Positions 37,309 through 50,397 of a stretch of DNA of 64,000 nt are shown here, one piece after another (the first letter of the stretch is position 1; every line of letters begins with the position of its first letter). Below the pieces are notes generated by a model, which did no database searches, was not told the origin of the DNA, and worked only from the letters and a program-made list of their open reading frames with translations. The DNA lies in assembly GCA_037379345.1 (NCBI GenBank), contig CM074517.1, forward strand, positions 14,942,001 through 15,006,000, read 5' to 3'. The position numbers were made by a program, and so were the translations under genes. The DNA comes from Perna viridis. Taxonomy: Eukaryota.

Positions 37309-39040
37309 CTATTGAAATATTCTTTGGACCTGGTTCATGCAAGGTCAAATGTTTTTATTCGAGCGGCATCATCATTTTTGAGTTTTCCGAGCCCTCAACA
37401 TTTAAAATTAACTTGTTTGCAAAAATTCAGGAACTCAATGATCTCTTTAACTTCAAACATAGATGTATATAAGACAGATTGCAATGCTGTATATGACGAC
37501 CACGTCCATGTGTACCAGCCCAACGCCATCCAATACACAGTCAAGTACGTGAACTGTTCCGTACAAAGATCGCGTAGAAAAATGCTAATCATATGCTAAA
37601 ATGTGACATGACGTCAGATCGTTTCATACATCAAAGTTGGTTGTCTAATTACTACCTAATATGTTTACCCTATTTGGTTGTAATATATGGCTCTACAAAT
37701 TTTCAGTGAATATAAAATTGCAATATTCCACGCCAACAAATCATTTACAACACCTTGATTTCACTATTTATGTTATTTATATTGAACATCTAGAACGACG
37801 TAAATCAAAAAAGAATACCAAAGTTTAATATTTACGAGTAAACAAACAGAGAGAACACTTTATGAAATTACGCGTTCTCTTCTCTTATCATTTGATCAAG
37901 TAAAAAGGTATGTATGATTGTAATGTTCTGGATAAATGGAGATTGACTGGGTGTTTGTGGATTTTTTCGACTCAGCAAGTTTTTCTTTGATCATCGAATT
38001 AACAAACTCAGAATTTGGACATAAATCACATGTTGGTGTCAGAAATTAAATAGGACCAAATGGTTGTATCAATTTTATTGCCCGACAATATGTGTAAACA
38101 TATGTGCTTCTTAATGAATATATTACTGTTTTGTGCTGTTGTACTTACATTTTTAATCACTCATCTACAGTTGTTCTGTGGTTTCGCTTTGATCGTGGTA
38201 TACAAGAAAAAAATCGACCAAGATAAGCTTTTCTATACCAGGAAATATGGGCTGAGCAATTAAGGAATGAAAGACATGGGAAACAAACGCCCTTCTTCGT
38301 GCTTGTTGTTGAAACAATACTCGATTTATGCTCTGTTTTCTTAAGCGTACTTACAGAAATGAAGTAGCAATATTTAAAGACTTACAAACGTATCGTGATC
38401 TACTGCAATTTACACTTTAAACATGACAAAAACATTAAGAACCCGCAGTTTGACCTTTTTTCAAACAAAATGTTACTTATGTTTTGTTCCGTTCAAGTTA
38501 TTTTCAAATAATGTGTCAGCAACTTCACATTTTGTCATTTGAGTCTACAAATTGGGGTTTCTCACGACACTCTTCAACGAGAGAAATTTCTTTTCATTTT
38601 AATTAGAATTATAACATTATTTTTATTTTCGATCGATTAAACGAGCATACAGGTGACGTGATAAATCGTCAAGAGTTTTTGACATAAATGAATAGATTTA
38701 AAACATGCGTTGGTGGACCTCGACGCATATGTATGTATAGAGTTAAGTTGGTGGGGGTTGCGGCGAAGAATTTCGGTCGCTCTCAAATCTTTAACTACAT
38801 ATCTTGTAGCAAAAGACAAAAAAAAAAATGTAGCTTAGCCGTGGTCGTAGTATCTCTCACGCTGAATTTATATTTCTATTCACCTCAACAATTGTCAAGA
38901 AATATCAAAATAACTGCACATCTAACTACCTATGTTGACGTCCTAACTAAGAAGGCGTATTAATAAGGCATTCTCATGCTTGTCAAACGCATTGATCAAT
39001 ACAGTAATGCTCATCAGCACTGTGTAGCATTAGAGCGAAC

Positions 39041-39408
39041 TACAGTAAAACCTCTGAATAACCGAAAACCTGTCTATACCAAACTTTGAATAACCGAAAA
39101 CCTGTCTATACCAAACTCTGAATAACCGAAAACCTATCTATACCAAACTCTGAATAACCGAAAACCTGACTATATCGAACTCTGAACAACCGAAAACCTG
39201 TCTACACCGAATTCTTAATAACCAAAAAGCTGTCTATACCGAACTCCGAATAACCAAAAACCTGTCTATACCGAACTCTGAATGCTAGATATTTTTCGAT
39301 TCCTTTCATATCAGTTTAAATGTATTTTGAACCTAGGTTAACCGAATACATGTCTTAACAAAAACACTACAGTCTTAAAAGGGTTCTGTTCAGACAGTTT
39401 ACAGTGTA
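39041..39408. mobile_element. Tc1/mariner-pogo-type MITE (TA-CAGT end) with an internal 32-bp tandem array
   Basis: Left end ta-cagtaaaacct; degenerate right end ggttctgttcagacagtttacagtg-ta. Seven 32-bp units ctctgaataaccgaaaacctgtctataccRaa (ccgaaaa at 39062, 39094, 39126, 39158, 39190, variants at 39222 and 39254). Confidence 0.7.
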
Positions 39409-42400
39409 TACTGCTTTTTTCAAAATTAATCAGGGTCACTTTACATTGAAATAAAAGAAGTTGAAAAGTATAACGTCTGATAAAAACTCACTGGCGTATG
39501 ACGTGCGGTTCAGATTAATATCAAGTACTGGAAAATTGCTTCTCATAGGAAACCTGCATAAATTGGAAATGAGATTGTCTCGGTAGTAAAACTGTCCAGA
39601 AAGACAGGTTTATGATTGTTTACGAGATGGAACTGTAACCCAATGCTGATTTCAACATTCTAACACTCAAAACCATCGTAAGTGATAAAGAATGAATTCA
39701 ATATTTTTAACTTCTTCATAACCCTGCTTGATTGCTGAAAGCCTAATAATGTATGAAACGTGTTTCATTTTTAGACAATGTAAAAACTAATCTTCGTGCT
39801 TTAATTAACAGGGCTGGGAAACACTATCTGGCATTCGTATGGAACAAGTTCACTAATTAGATCCTATAAATGTTACAATGAATTTTTGGTAGAAAAATTA
39901 TATCAGTTGTTTCAATGAATTGTACGCAGATAAATTATTTAAAACATTTTTTTCTTAAAATATATTTCATTTGTAATGAAGAGAAAATTCTGTTATGTAT
40001 GAGAAGAAAGTGGAAACGCGGAATGTACCAACGAGACAGCAACCCGACCAAACAATGATAAAAAAAAACAATCTAAGACAGTCTATGGCCTTTTATGCAT
40101 GGTGAGACATTTTACACAGCAGAATTTTGCTTTCGACTGGCCACTGAAACTGCAAATATACCTGTTGCACAAATGACCATCATATTATATTATTATTTTT
40201 TTCTTCTGAATATGCACATTGGGAAATGTCTAACAAATTTCTTTCGTCAACTAAGGAACATACGCACACACTTATTAAAAGTCAAATCGAGAAGAAATGA
40301 AATAGGTACGAAACTCGAAACTTTTCTTCAAGTTTTAGGCGTTCTTGAAAAGGTTAATTTTAATTTATGAAATCAAAACAAATAGTTCTAACATGTTTTA
40401 ATGCAAAAATTATCAAATGGATCAGACAAAGTTAAAGTCTCTATAATTAACACAACAAATATAGCATACACACTACAAACCTACAAAGAAAGATATACAT
40501 ATACATCAATCAAAGTACATCTAACAAAACATTATTTTATACCAAAAATCATTTGCATATAAATGAAAAAGCACTATGTTTGATAGTGTATTTACATTGA
40601 TAAAGCATTGAACCGTAACGCAGTTAGCAGTGTTTTGATCATGAGTAAGTAAATCATTGCCAAAAAGAATAGGTTCAATATTTATTTCGCCGTCATAGAT
40701 AAATGTATTATAAAAATCAAAAGAAATATCCGAAACAGTGATGAAAGTGGTCCAAAGTAAATGACCATTTTAAAAAGGGTCTATAACATACTTTCTCTGC
40801 CAACAAAACAACTAATACCGCACACAAAATGAGAAATATATTTAACGGTATTTTTTACGCCATTATACAGATTCAAATAATCTAAAAAAAAATTCCTGTT
40901 AATTTTCTCGTTTACCTCCCCTTTCCAATCAGATAAATGAGAAAATAAATGACCATTATTTGCAATTTAAATTAGTAAAATGACCGTAATGGCATATTAC
41001 AGATCTTTAATGTGCCGCAGAAAACATTTCTTCAAAGGACTACCTGCATTTTAATGAGATGAAATGTTCCCTGGGTGCACACACAAACTGAATGAGCAAA
41101 TGAAGTTGCATAAAATTATGGCGGCTTGGTGTTGGAATAAGAACCGCACATGGAGTTTTCCGTCATTCTCACAAAAGTTGTGGTCTTTGTTTGCTTCATC
41201 TCGTTTTACCTTTAATATAGTATTTTGTTCCATCTATTGTTTTTTGTCTTCTTATTTTATATGATTCGCTAAAAAACATTTTTTGCGATGTGTATTCTTT
41301 TATTTTTGTTTATAGGATCTTATAAAAGAGATCATTTATTAGTTGATAATAAAAAAGAAGTTTACACAATTGCTTAGCTAGAATAATTACATCGATTTAA
41401 TGCGCAAATTATTGTTAATACAAGCTGTGAACCTATTTGTTAAAACACGATAAAATTAAAACATTTATTTCGAAATAAACTGCGGTTTTTTTTTTTTTGC
41501 AAAACAGATGGCGTTTTATATCATTGTAAATTTAATACAGCTATAATTTTGATTGGTTGAATAGTTCCCTTCTCTGTTTCACGACCTGGTATGCCCCAAC
41601 TTTTCTACATGAACAGGGTCAATGTTTTGCCAGCTTATCCCTCCTTTAGCGTGTGTTGTTCCTGAAAAGTTCTAGAAGAAGAAGACTGCGTTGGGTGAGT
41701 GCAGTTTTAATTCTACTTTTACGTTCAATTTATAACCCTATCAATTACAGTTCTGATGGTATAAAAATTGTGTATGAATTATTATCATGACCACGTTATG
41801 GTAATAACTCAATTTCAGGGTTGTTACTTTTAGATTTGCATTGGCTATGAAGAAAATTTTATTTTGTTTTTATTACAACAGAGGATGAGTAAGTTATATC
41901 CAATGGAGGTGGTTGTAATTTATGATATTTTTCTCAGCGTAAAAAGGAACAATCTTAAGAGATAATATTATCATCATTGTATAATTTATGTCAGATTGCA
42001 TCGTAACTTATGTATGAAACTGTTTTATTTTATCATTTTCTAACATAGAACATAAGGTGCACACTTAAACAGTTCTCGAAGGAGAATCGCATACATAAGG
42101 CTATTCTAGAGTTTTAGAAATAAACCAACTTTGCAAGATTCTTGCATTTTCTGAGAGGGCTGCCTGCAGCATTCGTACATGAATAGATGCAATGCTTGTG
42201 AAGGTATGGAAGTGTAAAACGCAGGCTTTAAGATATCCGGAAACATTCAGGTCCTCATCCGATTGGATTGTCCTCCCTACACCAACTGGTTGTTTTTCAA
42301 AAATGCAAAATTTCGCACGAACTTTAAGAATTAAAATCATGAACAAATTAACAGAAAAAAGTACTCTTTTTATTTGATTTTTTACAATAATACCATGCCA

Positions 42401-43982
42401 AATTACTTTTTCTGACAGTTTTTAAGTGCCTGATATTTTAGAAAACATGTTTTTTTGACAATTATTTTTGGGAAGGCACCCAAACTTGTTATGAAAACTG
42501 ATGTATAATTTTATTATGTTACCATGGCTACAGATTTTCATAACAAAATAAAAAATAATATCTATCTTTTTTCAAGGATCTCTATTATGTAAGGTTATGA
42601 AATATAAATACCTTTTACTTGAAAAAAATGTTGGATATGCTTGTTTAAGTGTCTCAATATAGCTTTATTACCACAAATTGTCATAAAGTTATCTGCAGTG
42701 ACCTATTTATATAGTGGAACCTTAAAAGAAACCGTGATAATAGAATTATATAAACTGCAAAACGCAAACAAATGAGAGACGAATATATTTAAATAGGACA
42801 AACTAAGAACAACACTTTTCTTATAACTGGATGACTGCAAAGTTGTACATGTGTGAATAAATGAAATGTCTGTGATGCCAGCAAGTAACCTTAGCAAAAA
42901 ATGCCTGTAATTAATAAATACACATTGTACATAAGAAAGAAAACTGTAACGTATGTCAGGTCAGATCCTTAATATTCTGTTTAAATTATTGATGTTTATG
43001 GTACTGGATAGATATTAATATCATATAAATAAAAAAAATTACATGTATAACATGATATCTGACACATCTGCGGGTTCTTGTCCAGAAAGTGTCCAGGTTA
43101 CAAGGATCCTACAGAAGCTTGAAAATATAACTATATATTTTCATCTTATAAATTTGGACGCCATTGAGGGATCAAGGGACGGGGTATTCCGAGCCTACCA
43201 ATTGTTTGTTTTTGTATTCTTAATTTTAAAACATTGAGAAAAAATTCAGAACGTGCAATAAATAATCAAGCACATTTATTTCAAATACAAGTGGATTTAA
43301 TATAAAATTGTACCCATTTTGCTTCAGGACATACTCAAGGCTCTTTGTAAATATCTTGATGCTCCGTGTACCTTCTTCCCCTGTGGTAACCACGGCGACT
43401 CGTGAATTGGCAAATAAAGTCAATGAACTAATCTCTACTACATAAAATTGTAGGAAAACAATTGTATCAGTAAAAAATATAAGAATTAGAATAAAATTTA
43501 ATACAAATTACATACAACCAAACTCAATAGCACATATCATTTGTAGTTATTGGATTATGAATTGAATGCTGAAGATGACTGTTTTTATATCGAACTGCTG
43601 TGATCTAAAACATTAAAGTAGGCTAAAAAGACAAAAAATACCTTAAAATATTGATATGGTCACTGGCATAGTTTGTACAGCCAGGGCCTTTTCTTTTACC
43701 GAATGTAAGCTACTTTTTCGTTTATTGCAATGTCTCAGTTTTATCAAACTTTATTTTCCTATAAGGTTTGTTTGTGTACAATAATATGTACTCATTGACT
43801 TTAGCGTCCATTAAAATATAGATACACACTTAGATCAAGTAGATATTTTCTGATTAAATTTTATGCTGAATCACACCTGAGGGCCTAAGTGATGATAAAA
43901 GAAACCGACATTATATCTTTCATCCATGCGACGTTAGCGCATACAGTACATCTATCTATGGCCAATACTTAATACTTAAATG

Positions 43983-44310
43983 GGTCAATATTGAAGTCTT
44001 TATATTGTAATATCGTACGGTTAATTCGTGAATTAGTCAATATTTGAAGAATATTGTAATATCGTACGGTAAATACGTGAATGGTCAGTATTGAAGTCTT
44101 CATTTTGTAATATCGTACGATTAATACGTACATTGATCAATATTGAAGTCTACATATTGTCATATCGTAGGGTTAATACGTACATTGGCCTGGGCAATAT
44201 TGAAGAATATTGTAATATTGTAATATTGTACAATTTATACGTAAGGTGGTCAATTTTGAAGTCAACATATAGTAATATCGTACAGTCAATTGCTCAACAT
44301 TGAAGTCTAC
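43983..44310. repeat. Degenerate ~50-55-bp minisatellite, ~6.5 copies
   Basis: Unit ggtcaatattgaagtc..atattgtaatatcgtacggttaatacgt recurs. Confidence 0.85.
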
Positions 44311-45169
44311 ATAATAATGTTGTCATTCATGGTAAAAATACTAGTAGTTCGTGTGACTTTTTATCAGTAGAAAATATGTTAAATAGAAGTTCTTTTTCTA
44401 TCTTTGACATTTATATAGCTAGCAATTTATATTTGTTATCACAACAAGGAAAACAAAGAAAAATATCAGATAAATGAGTAATTTCATAATTGCATGTTAG
44501 TTGAAAGGGGTAGCTGTTGTGTTAGAGATAGTACAGCCTTTAACCTGTTTGTTCTATGAAAAAAAAACTGAGATGATTCGAAGAACTAAATAACACTTCC
44601 TTGTTAAGTTTCAAAGTCCAAATACGCCATTCAATATAAAAAATGCACAGAAATGTAAAACTACGAATGCAGTTAAAATCTCAGTGGATTTACTTGTCGT
44701 TCAAAAAAGCCTTTCAAGTAACCGGTTGAGTTTTGTTAACTCGAGGGAAGACCAATTTACTTTCAGTTTGCTTTGTTTTTCACAATAGTTTTTAGTAACT
44801 TGTTCGTTTATTCTGTCACCCTTTTCTTTCGACGTCGTCGTTCAATGGAATATAAGATAGGAGTTTTCCCTTTAACAGCATGCACGCTTGATTTCACTTA
44901 CAGAACCATCATTCGGTATTTACGTACTTGACGTAAGGTTAGTCTTGTTCTGTACTTGACTTATATGTTGTTAGAGGTAATTTGATCAAACAAAAACAAA
45001 GGGTTCAAAGACCCTTTGCCCCATGTAGAATAAAAAAAATGTCATAAGTCATTCTCATTTATGAGAACACCGACTCCTTATCAAACTATAATAAATTAAC
45101 ATATTTAGTTTCTAAGACGTTTTGAAGCCAGTTTATTATTATAATCAAATTCCAAGCATCTTATGATTT

Positions 45170-45405
45170 GTTCTGTCATTGTGATTGTCATTTATGACAG
45201 AAGCAGGATGTATGATGTATTTGTGTTAACAATTGATGGACGTATGTCATGTGACAGACAATGATTCATGGGAAATTGAAATAGGTCAAGGTCGAATTAT
45301 CTGCTGTTTGATATGCTGATTTGAATATTTTCCGTTTGATAATACAAAATATGCAAATTACTTCATTCTTAACATATGCAAATTAAGTATACTGTGACAG
45401 CTTTC
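45170..45405. promoter_or_regulatory. Candidate enhancer: Meis + Pbx-Hox + nuclear receptor + POU motif cluster
   Basis: CTGTCA 45174, TTTATGACAG 45191, TGACAG 45252, TGATTCATGG 45262, AGGTCAAGGTCG 45283, ATGCAAAT at 45351 and 45376, TGACAG 45395. Confidence 0.5.
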
Positions 45406-47589
45406 AAATATAATGATAAACTGCTCCAACCAGATGTCTGCAAATGTATGTCATATTGTTTTATATTTGGAATCAAAATGCAGAAGAAAGAATCCTTGAG
45501 ATCTCATTTCTAACCACATACGTTAATTAAAATGGGAACTGCATACAATAATAAACGTCAAAATTACCTTAATTGGTATTAATCATTCAAACAAGCCTTA
45601 ACATGACGTGAATGGTGTCATTTGTAATAAATTTCAACATAACCAGATCAAGTCAAATGCATTTTTCATTGTGTAATCATATCTAGGAGTGTCTGACTCC
45701 TGGCATATTTAAAACACGTGTCATGGAAAAGATCCATTGCAAGAAAGCAATCCAGGCACCCTCAAGTAACCCATTAACGCGTTATATGAATATGACTTCA
45801 TTCGTACTTTGTGCTCAACATAGAAAGTTTGTGAATAACACCCTCTGTATTACAGACTGAGATTCATTTTGAACGTTTACAATAAGAATTACAGTTTATC
45901 TATAGATTGACACCAATAGAATACTGCTGTGACAAAGGTTATTAAAAATAACATGACACGTTGTTTTTTTTTTAGTCATATGTATTTTTCATATACTTTT
46001 TTTATCTTCCATTTTCCACCATATTTTCATTGCTTTAACTTTACACTTGTCGCGCCATGAGCAACTTTGGCAGATTAAAAAAAAAGAAAATGCCTGCTAG
46101 TTCAATTTCTGAAGGGTAGTTTTCCATCTCATTGTAGTGTACTGTCAATAAGGTTCTTAAAGGATACTATGAACACGATCGGCTTGTATAAAAGACTGGT
46201 TAAAGTCTATTTATATAGAAACTGAAAACCTAAACCACAAACTTTTGTGTGCCTGTCTTATGTATGTGTAAAACATTTCAACATACACAAAAGACATTTG
46301 AGTCATAGTTACTTTACTTTATACATCTATGAATATTCATAACATAACCAATCAAAACTTTCTATTTGATTGAATACCTCACAATCATGTAACATTATAC
46401 AATGGTGGGAAAAGAATACTATTTTAACCGATATGATGATATACAAATTGGATAGTGTTTTTCAACTCATTGCAATGGACTGATGAACTATTATCGTGTA
46501 TACTTTTCCAAGCGTCATTCCAAGGAGGGGAATATTTGTCGAATTATTACATGGGAGAGGGGTATATCACTTTTTGTATGCATGAAAAGCTTTGCAAGGT
46601 CCACTGGACCTATATTTCTTGCATGACTAAAGATTACAGTTTTGTAACCTCTACGTACTTCCAGGACTTATATGATATTCCAGGTTATATGATAAAGAAC
46701 GTCAAAAACACTGAATCATGTGGACAAGATGACAAATATTTCTAATACCCAATAAGTAGTCTACATATTTACATGCAGTGAAATTTCAAGTATTCACAGA
46801 AGAGTTAAATTTGAATTATTCACAACCCTATGATCATAAAGGATTTAAATATTAAAACAAATGTTTCCGACTTTTGGAATGAAAAAAAAAATGCAAATTC
46901 TAAAGCTATATTATTTGTACATCTATGCATTTTTTTCTTCTCCATAGAATCATTATTAAATTTAGTTTTTAGTTGAGAACACCAATATTCGATGTCTATT
47001 ATGACCTATTCAATACGTTAAATGATGTTGTGAGACGCATTTGTTTAATTTGATTTGTATCACGAATAAGTCGAATTGTAAAATGCATTGACTTGACTGC
47101 TTATTACAGCTGTCATATTCAGTATGTTTTCGTATTGTAAGAAAAATGACTTATTCATTTGACTAGTAGAATAAGTTGACGAGCATAACTAGAAAAGGGG
47201 GACACGTTTTCTTTTAGTTCGCTAAAGCATACTAAAGGATTCCTATACAAATCACTAAGGACACAGAGTATCAAACAATATGCGTCTTTGATACCTGTTA
47301 GGACAGTAGTATCAGTATATAATATAGTTATAGTCATTAACATACTATATCTCAATAATGAATTACTGGTAAAAATAGTCTGGTTTCTACGCCTAACTCT
47401 ATCTAAGAAAAACATCATTGCACATAAAAATATTTTGGAAGTAGCAATACCTAAGAGCTGATGAGTGGAACGTCTTGACGAAGATACACAGAGGACAACA
47501 TAAACAATTGAACAACTTAGGCAAGGATCTAATAAAAACGTAAAAATCAGACCATAAATAAACAAGCTATCGTCAATAAATCAAAAAAT

Positions 47590-48055
47590 TACTATTTTCT
47601 GACCCTTTATTCTTACTTGGCTCAAATCACAACCAAAAAATCAACCAATCCCAGTCTTCCTTTTATGGTATGGCACATTAAATACAATGTCAAAAAGATT
47701 CATTCACTTATAGCCAAGTTATTGTCAGGACATCAGGAAAATGCATGTTTCTGGTCCCCTTATAGGCCCCTTATTTCGGAAGAGAACAAGTCTTTATCCT
47801 AAAAATCAATCGTGTAACAATATCATAGACTTTCCTATGAGTTTATTGGAGTAATATAGTTAAATTCCATGAAATGCTTGTTTTAGGTACTTTTTAGTCC
47901 CCCTTTTAAAACAGATGAGGCCATTACCCCCGAAATCAAAATCAACCTACTTTTTGTGGGTTGGAACCTTGTTATAAAATTTTATAAAGATCGACCAACT
48001 AATACTCAAATTATAGCACGAAAAAACAGGACGACGACAGCACCATACCAATCTA
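47590..48055 (+). mobile_element. Helentron-like (HINE/pearl-type) bivalve repeat remnant with tandem core units
   Basis: Related cores aaaatcaa...cttccttttatggtatgg...(agttattgtc) at ~47635 and aaaatcaacctactttttgtgggttggaaccttg...(aattatagcacgaaaa) at ~47935, followed by a gacgacgac tract. Family assignment is from memory. Confidence 0.5.
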
Positions 48056-48879
48056 CAAACTCTTGTAACATGGACTGACTTCAGCGCCTGTATTGTATTA
48101 TTTCTTATAGGTTATCAGTTTTTAAAAGCGTGATAGTATATACGTTCTGTTTAAATTTTCTGTAATAATAAATAAAAGTTGAAAATATATATATGCTGTG
48201 CATCTTGTTATTTTCATTTCTGTATTTGTTTTTATTTCATGGATCAATTTAGGTCTGTTTTATTTCGCATGGAAACTTGTTATACTAATTGTCAAAGAAA
48301 ATTTTCATGAATCTATATGTGGCAGTCTGTTCAATCTTTTGTAAGTTACATTTAGGTTTTGAGGTACAATATTGAACGCTTTTAATGTACATATAAGTTG
48401 CGATGTTTAATTTCATTTTAGCTTCACTTCTCTGGAACACCCATTGCAGTCACCCTTATATCATAGAACGATTGTTGGGCTGTGTTGTTTGTTGTGTGTA
48501 TATAATGTTAGCTTACAAAGCTAGCATTGACTGACTTCCTTGTTCTATTAAGGTCTTCAATAAGTGTAAACAAACCTTAAAGTAAGCTCCGAAAGGCACG
48601 GACAAAAAAGTAATAAAATTCACGGAAACAGAATTATGAATCTTCTTCAAAATAAGCTAAAAAATCAAATAACGACACGAAGACACATAGTGAAAACAAT
48701 GGATATTACTGTATTACCAGATATAGAACTTTTTAAGATGAATACATAGCCATGTCTTGTGAAATAAAGAAAATGATGGTACACATTTCATACATTTTAA
48801 ATATTTTTTACAATGCATATTCCATCTTTCCGGTCAAACAAACATAATGAATAGTTTTTTTATTTATTATATTTGAAAC

Positions 48880-49350
48880 AAGCTCCCCATGCAGGTCCTG
48901 GTGTCAAATGAATAGGCCCACAGCAGCACTAAGCTTGTAAAAGGCACTAAATATTGTTCAGAACCCTGGCTAGCAACCGAACAACTGGGTTGTGTGCCCT
49001 AGGTGGTGCAATGGGGTACCATTGGGAATGCTACATGCTGGGATCGTCAGGCTATAATACGGAAAAACTGAACGCAAACCATAGTGGTGCAACGTGTTGG
49101 GCAATATGCCATGTTAAAGAATCCTGGTGTGGTATTCTGTAGGAGTAGGAACTTTTCCTCTCCGCCACAGAAGGCTTAATTGAACGACCCCACCCACCTC
49201 TCCTTATTTCCAGTGGCAATCGAAAGTCGTCGACCCTATTGTCCATGTGCCTCATCCCATTTTTCATTTCATCATCCATTTTACGTTCATCGCCCGGATA
49301 TAGCTGAAACATTGCTGCTTGGGCGTTAAACTCCAATCAATAAATCAATC
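48880..49350 (+). mobile_element. SINE, 5' head not recognisable; probable Meta- and Deu/Nin-domain bivalve SINE
   Basis: GC-rich block ending in gatatagctgaaacattgctgcttgggcgttaaactc-caatcaataaatcaatc (LINE-derived tail plus CAAT repeat). Internal tgtaaaaggcactaaat and atgttaaagaatcc...taggagtagg resemble Meta and Deu/Nin cores as I recall them. Confidence 0.65.
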
Positions 49351-50127
49351 GAATTTGGAAAAAAAGATACTATAAGTTTCTTCGTATTTATGTCGATATT
49401 TTCCAACTTTAGATTTATGGTGCACAATTGTTTTGCGTTAAATGGCAGTATTATCCTTATAGTATTTATGTATAAACACTATATGACATTTTTGTATTAT
49501 TTAGTACCCGGTAATATATGTCGTATGTATTCAACTGAAGTCCACAACGTGTATTTTCAAAAAAGGGTTTTTTTAAATCTGTTTACTTTTAATAAACAAC
49601 AATATTTTGATAATATGAAAACGATTTTTTTTTTTTTGTATTCAGGGCTTTTTTTTGGCGTTTCTTTCGTGTTCTCGATAATTATTGCTATTGTGTTTTT
49701 GTTGTTGAATTAATGACAACGTAAACATAAAACAATTGTTAGCTATGACGATGCTGACGTGTTTGTTGCAGTACAAATGCTTTTGGTGTGTATCACATAT
49801 CATTTTTGCAGTTTAATATTCATAAAAAAGTTGTAATACCGTACAATCGTTTGGTTTATTTATCCTAAAAAAATTTCAGAAATAAAAAAGTTTGTTTGTA
49901 ACACCAAAGATTGAGATAGCCATCACGTTTCTGCTTTTTGTTAGCTCAAACTCTACATACAGTTGTGAAAATAGATCATGAAATCACTAGAACATATATT
50001 TTAAGCATTTTGATGATGATTTACCGATATGTTGAAATTTTATGGCATTGTATACCATTTTACCGTTTAAATATTCCAAAAAACAATAAAACAATTTATT
50101 AATGTATCACGTTATAACATGTTATAT

Positions 50128-50397
50128 TTAAGAGGGTAACTAACATCTTCTCTAAGATGTATTTGGCTCGTTTAAATTTCTTGAAATTTTATTCAGTGTT
50201 TTACGTTGATAAAAGAGGAAACATATGTAAATTTTAAGAAATTTTAACCATGTGTTTCATTGGAATAATTTCAATAAATATATAGTATTATCATCAAGAA
50301 ATCTTTAGATCACACACATGCTTTGTGTTTGATATCAGAATGTCACATAATAAAACGTTTTGCTGAGTTTTATTCCTTGGTGTTGTGTACCCCTTGA
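50128..50397. mobile_element. Old TTAA-type MITE (degenerate TIRs)
   Basis: ttaa-gagggtaactaacatc ... ggtgttgtgtacccc-ttga. Confidence 0.4.

Noticed and set aside
41560-41730. Possible Penelope-type terminus with a minimal hammerhead
   Set aside because: Too degenerate; the CTGATGA and GAAA cores are not intact.
47155-47565. 136-aa minus-strand ORF, and a CTGATGAG...CGAAG hammerhead-like motif at ~47458
   Set aside because: The ORF has no recognisable motif. The ribozyme core has GAAG instead of GAAA and lacks stems I and III.
48954-49336. ORFs of 62 and 94 aa in the GC-rich block
   Set aside because: They lie within a SINE, where higher GC content lengthens spurious ORFs.
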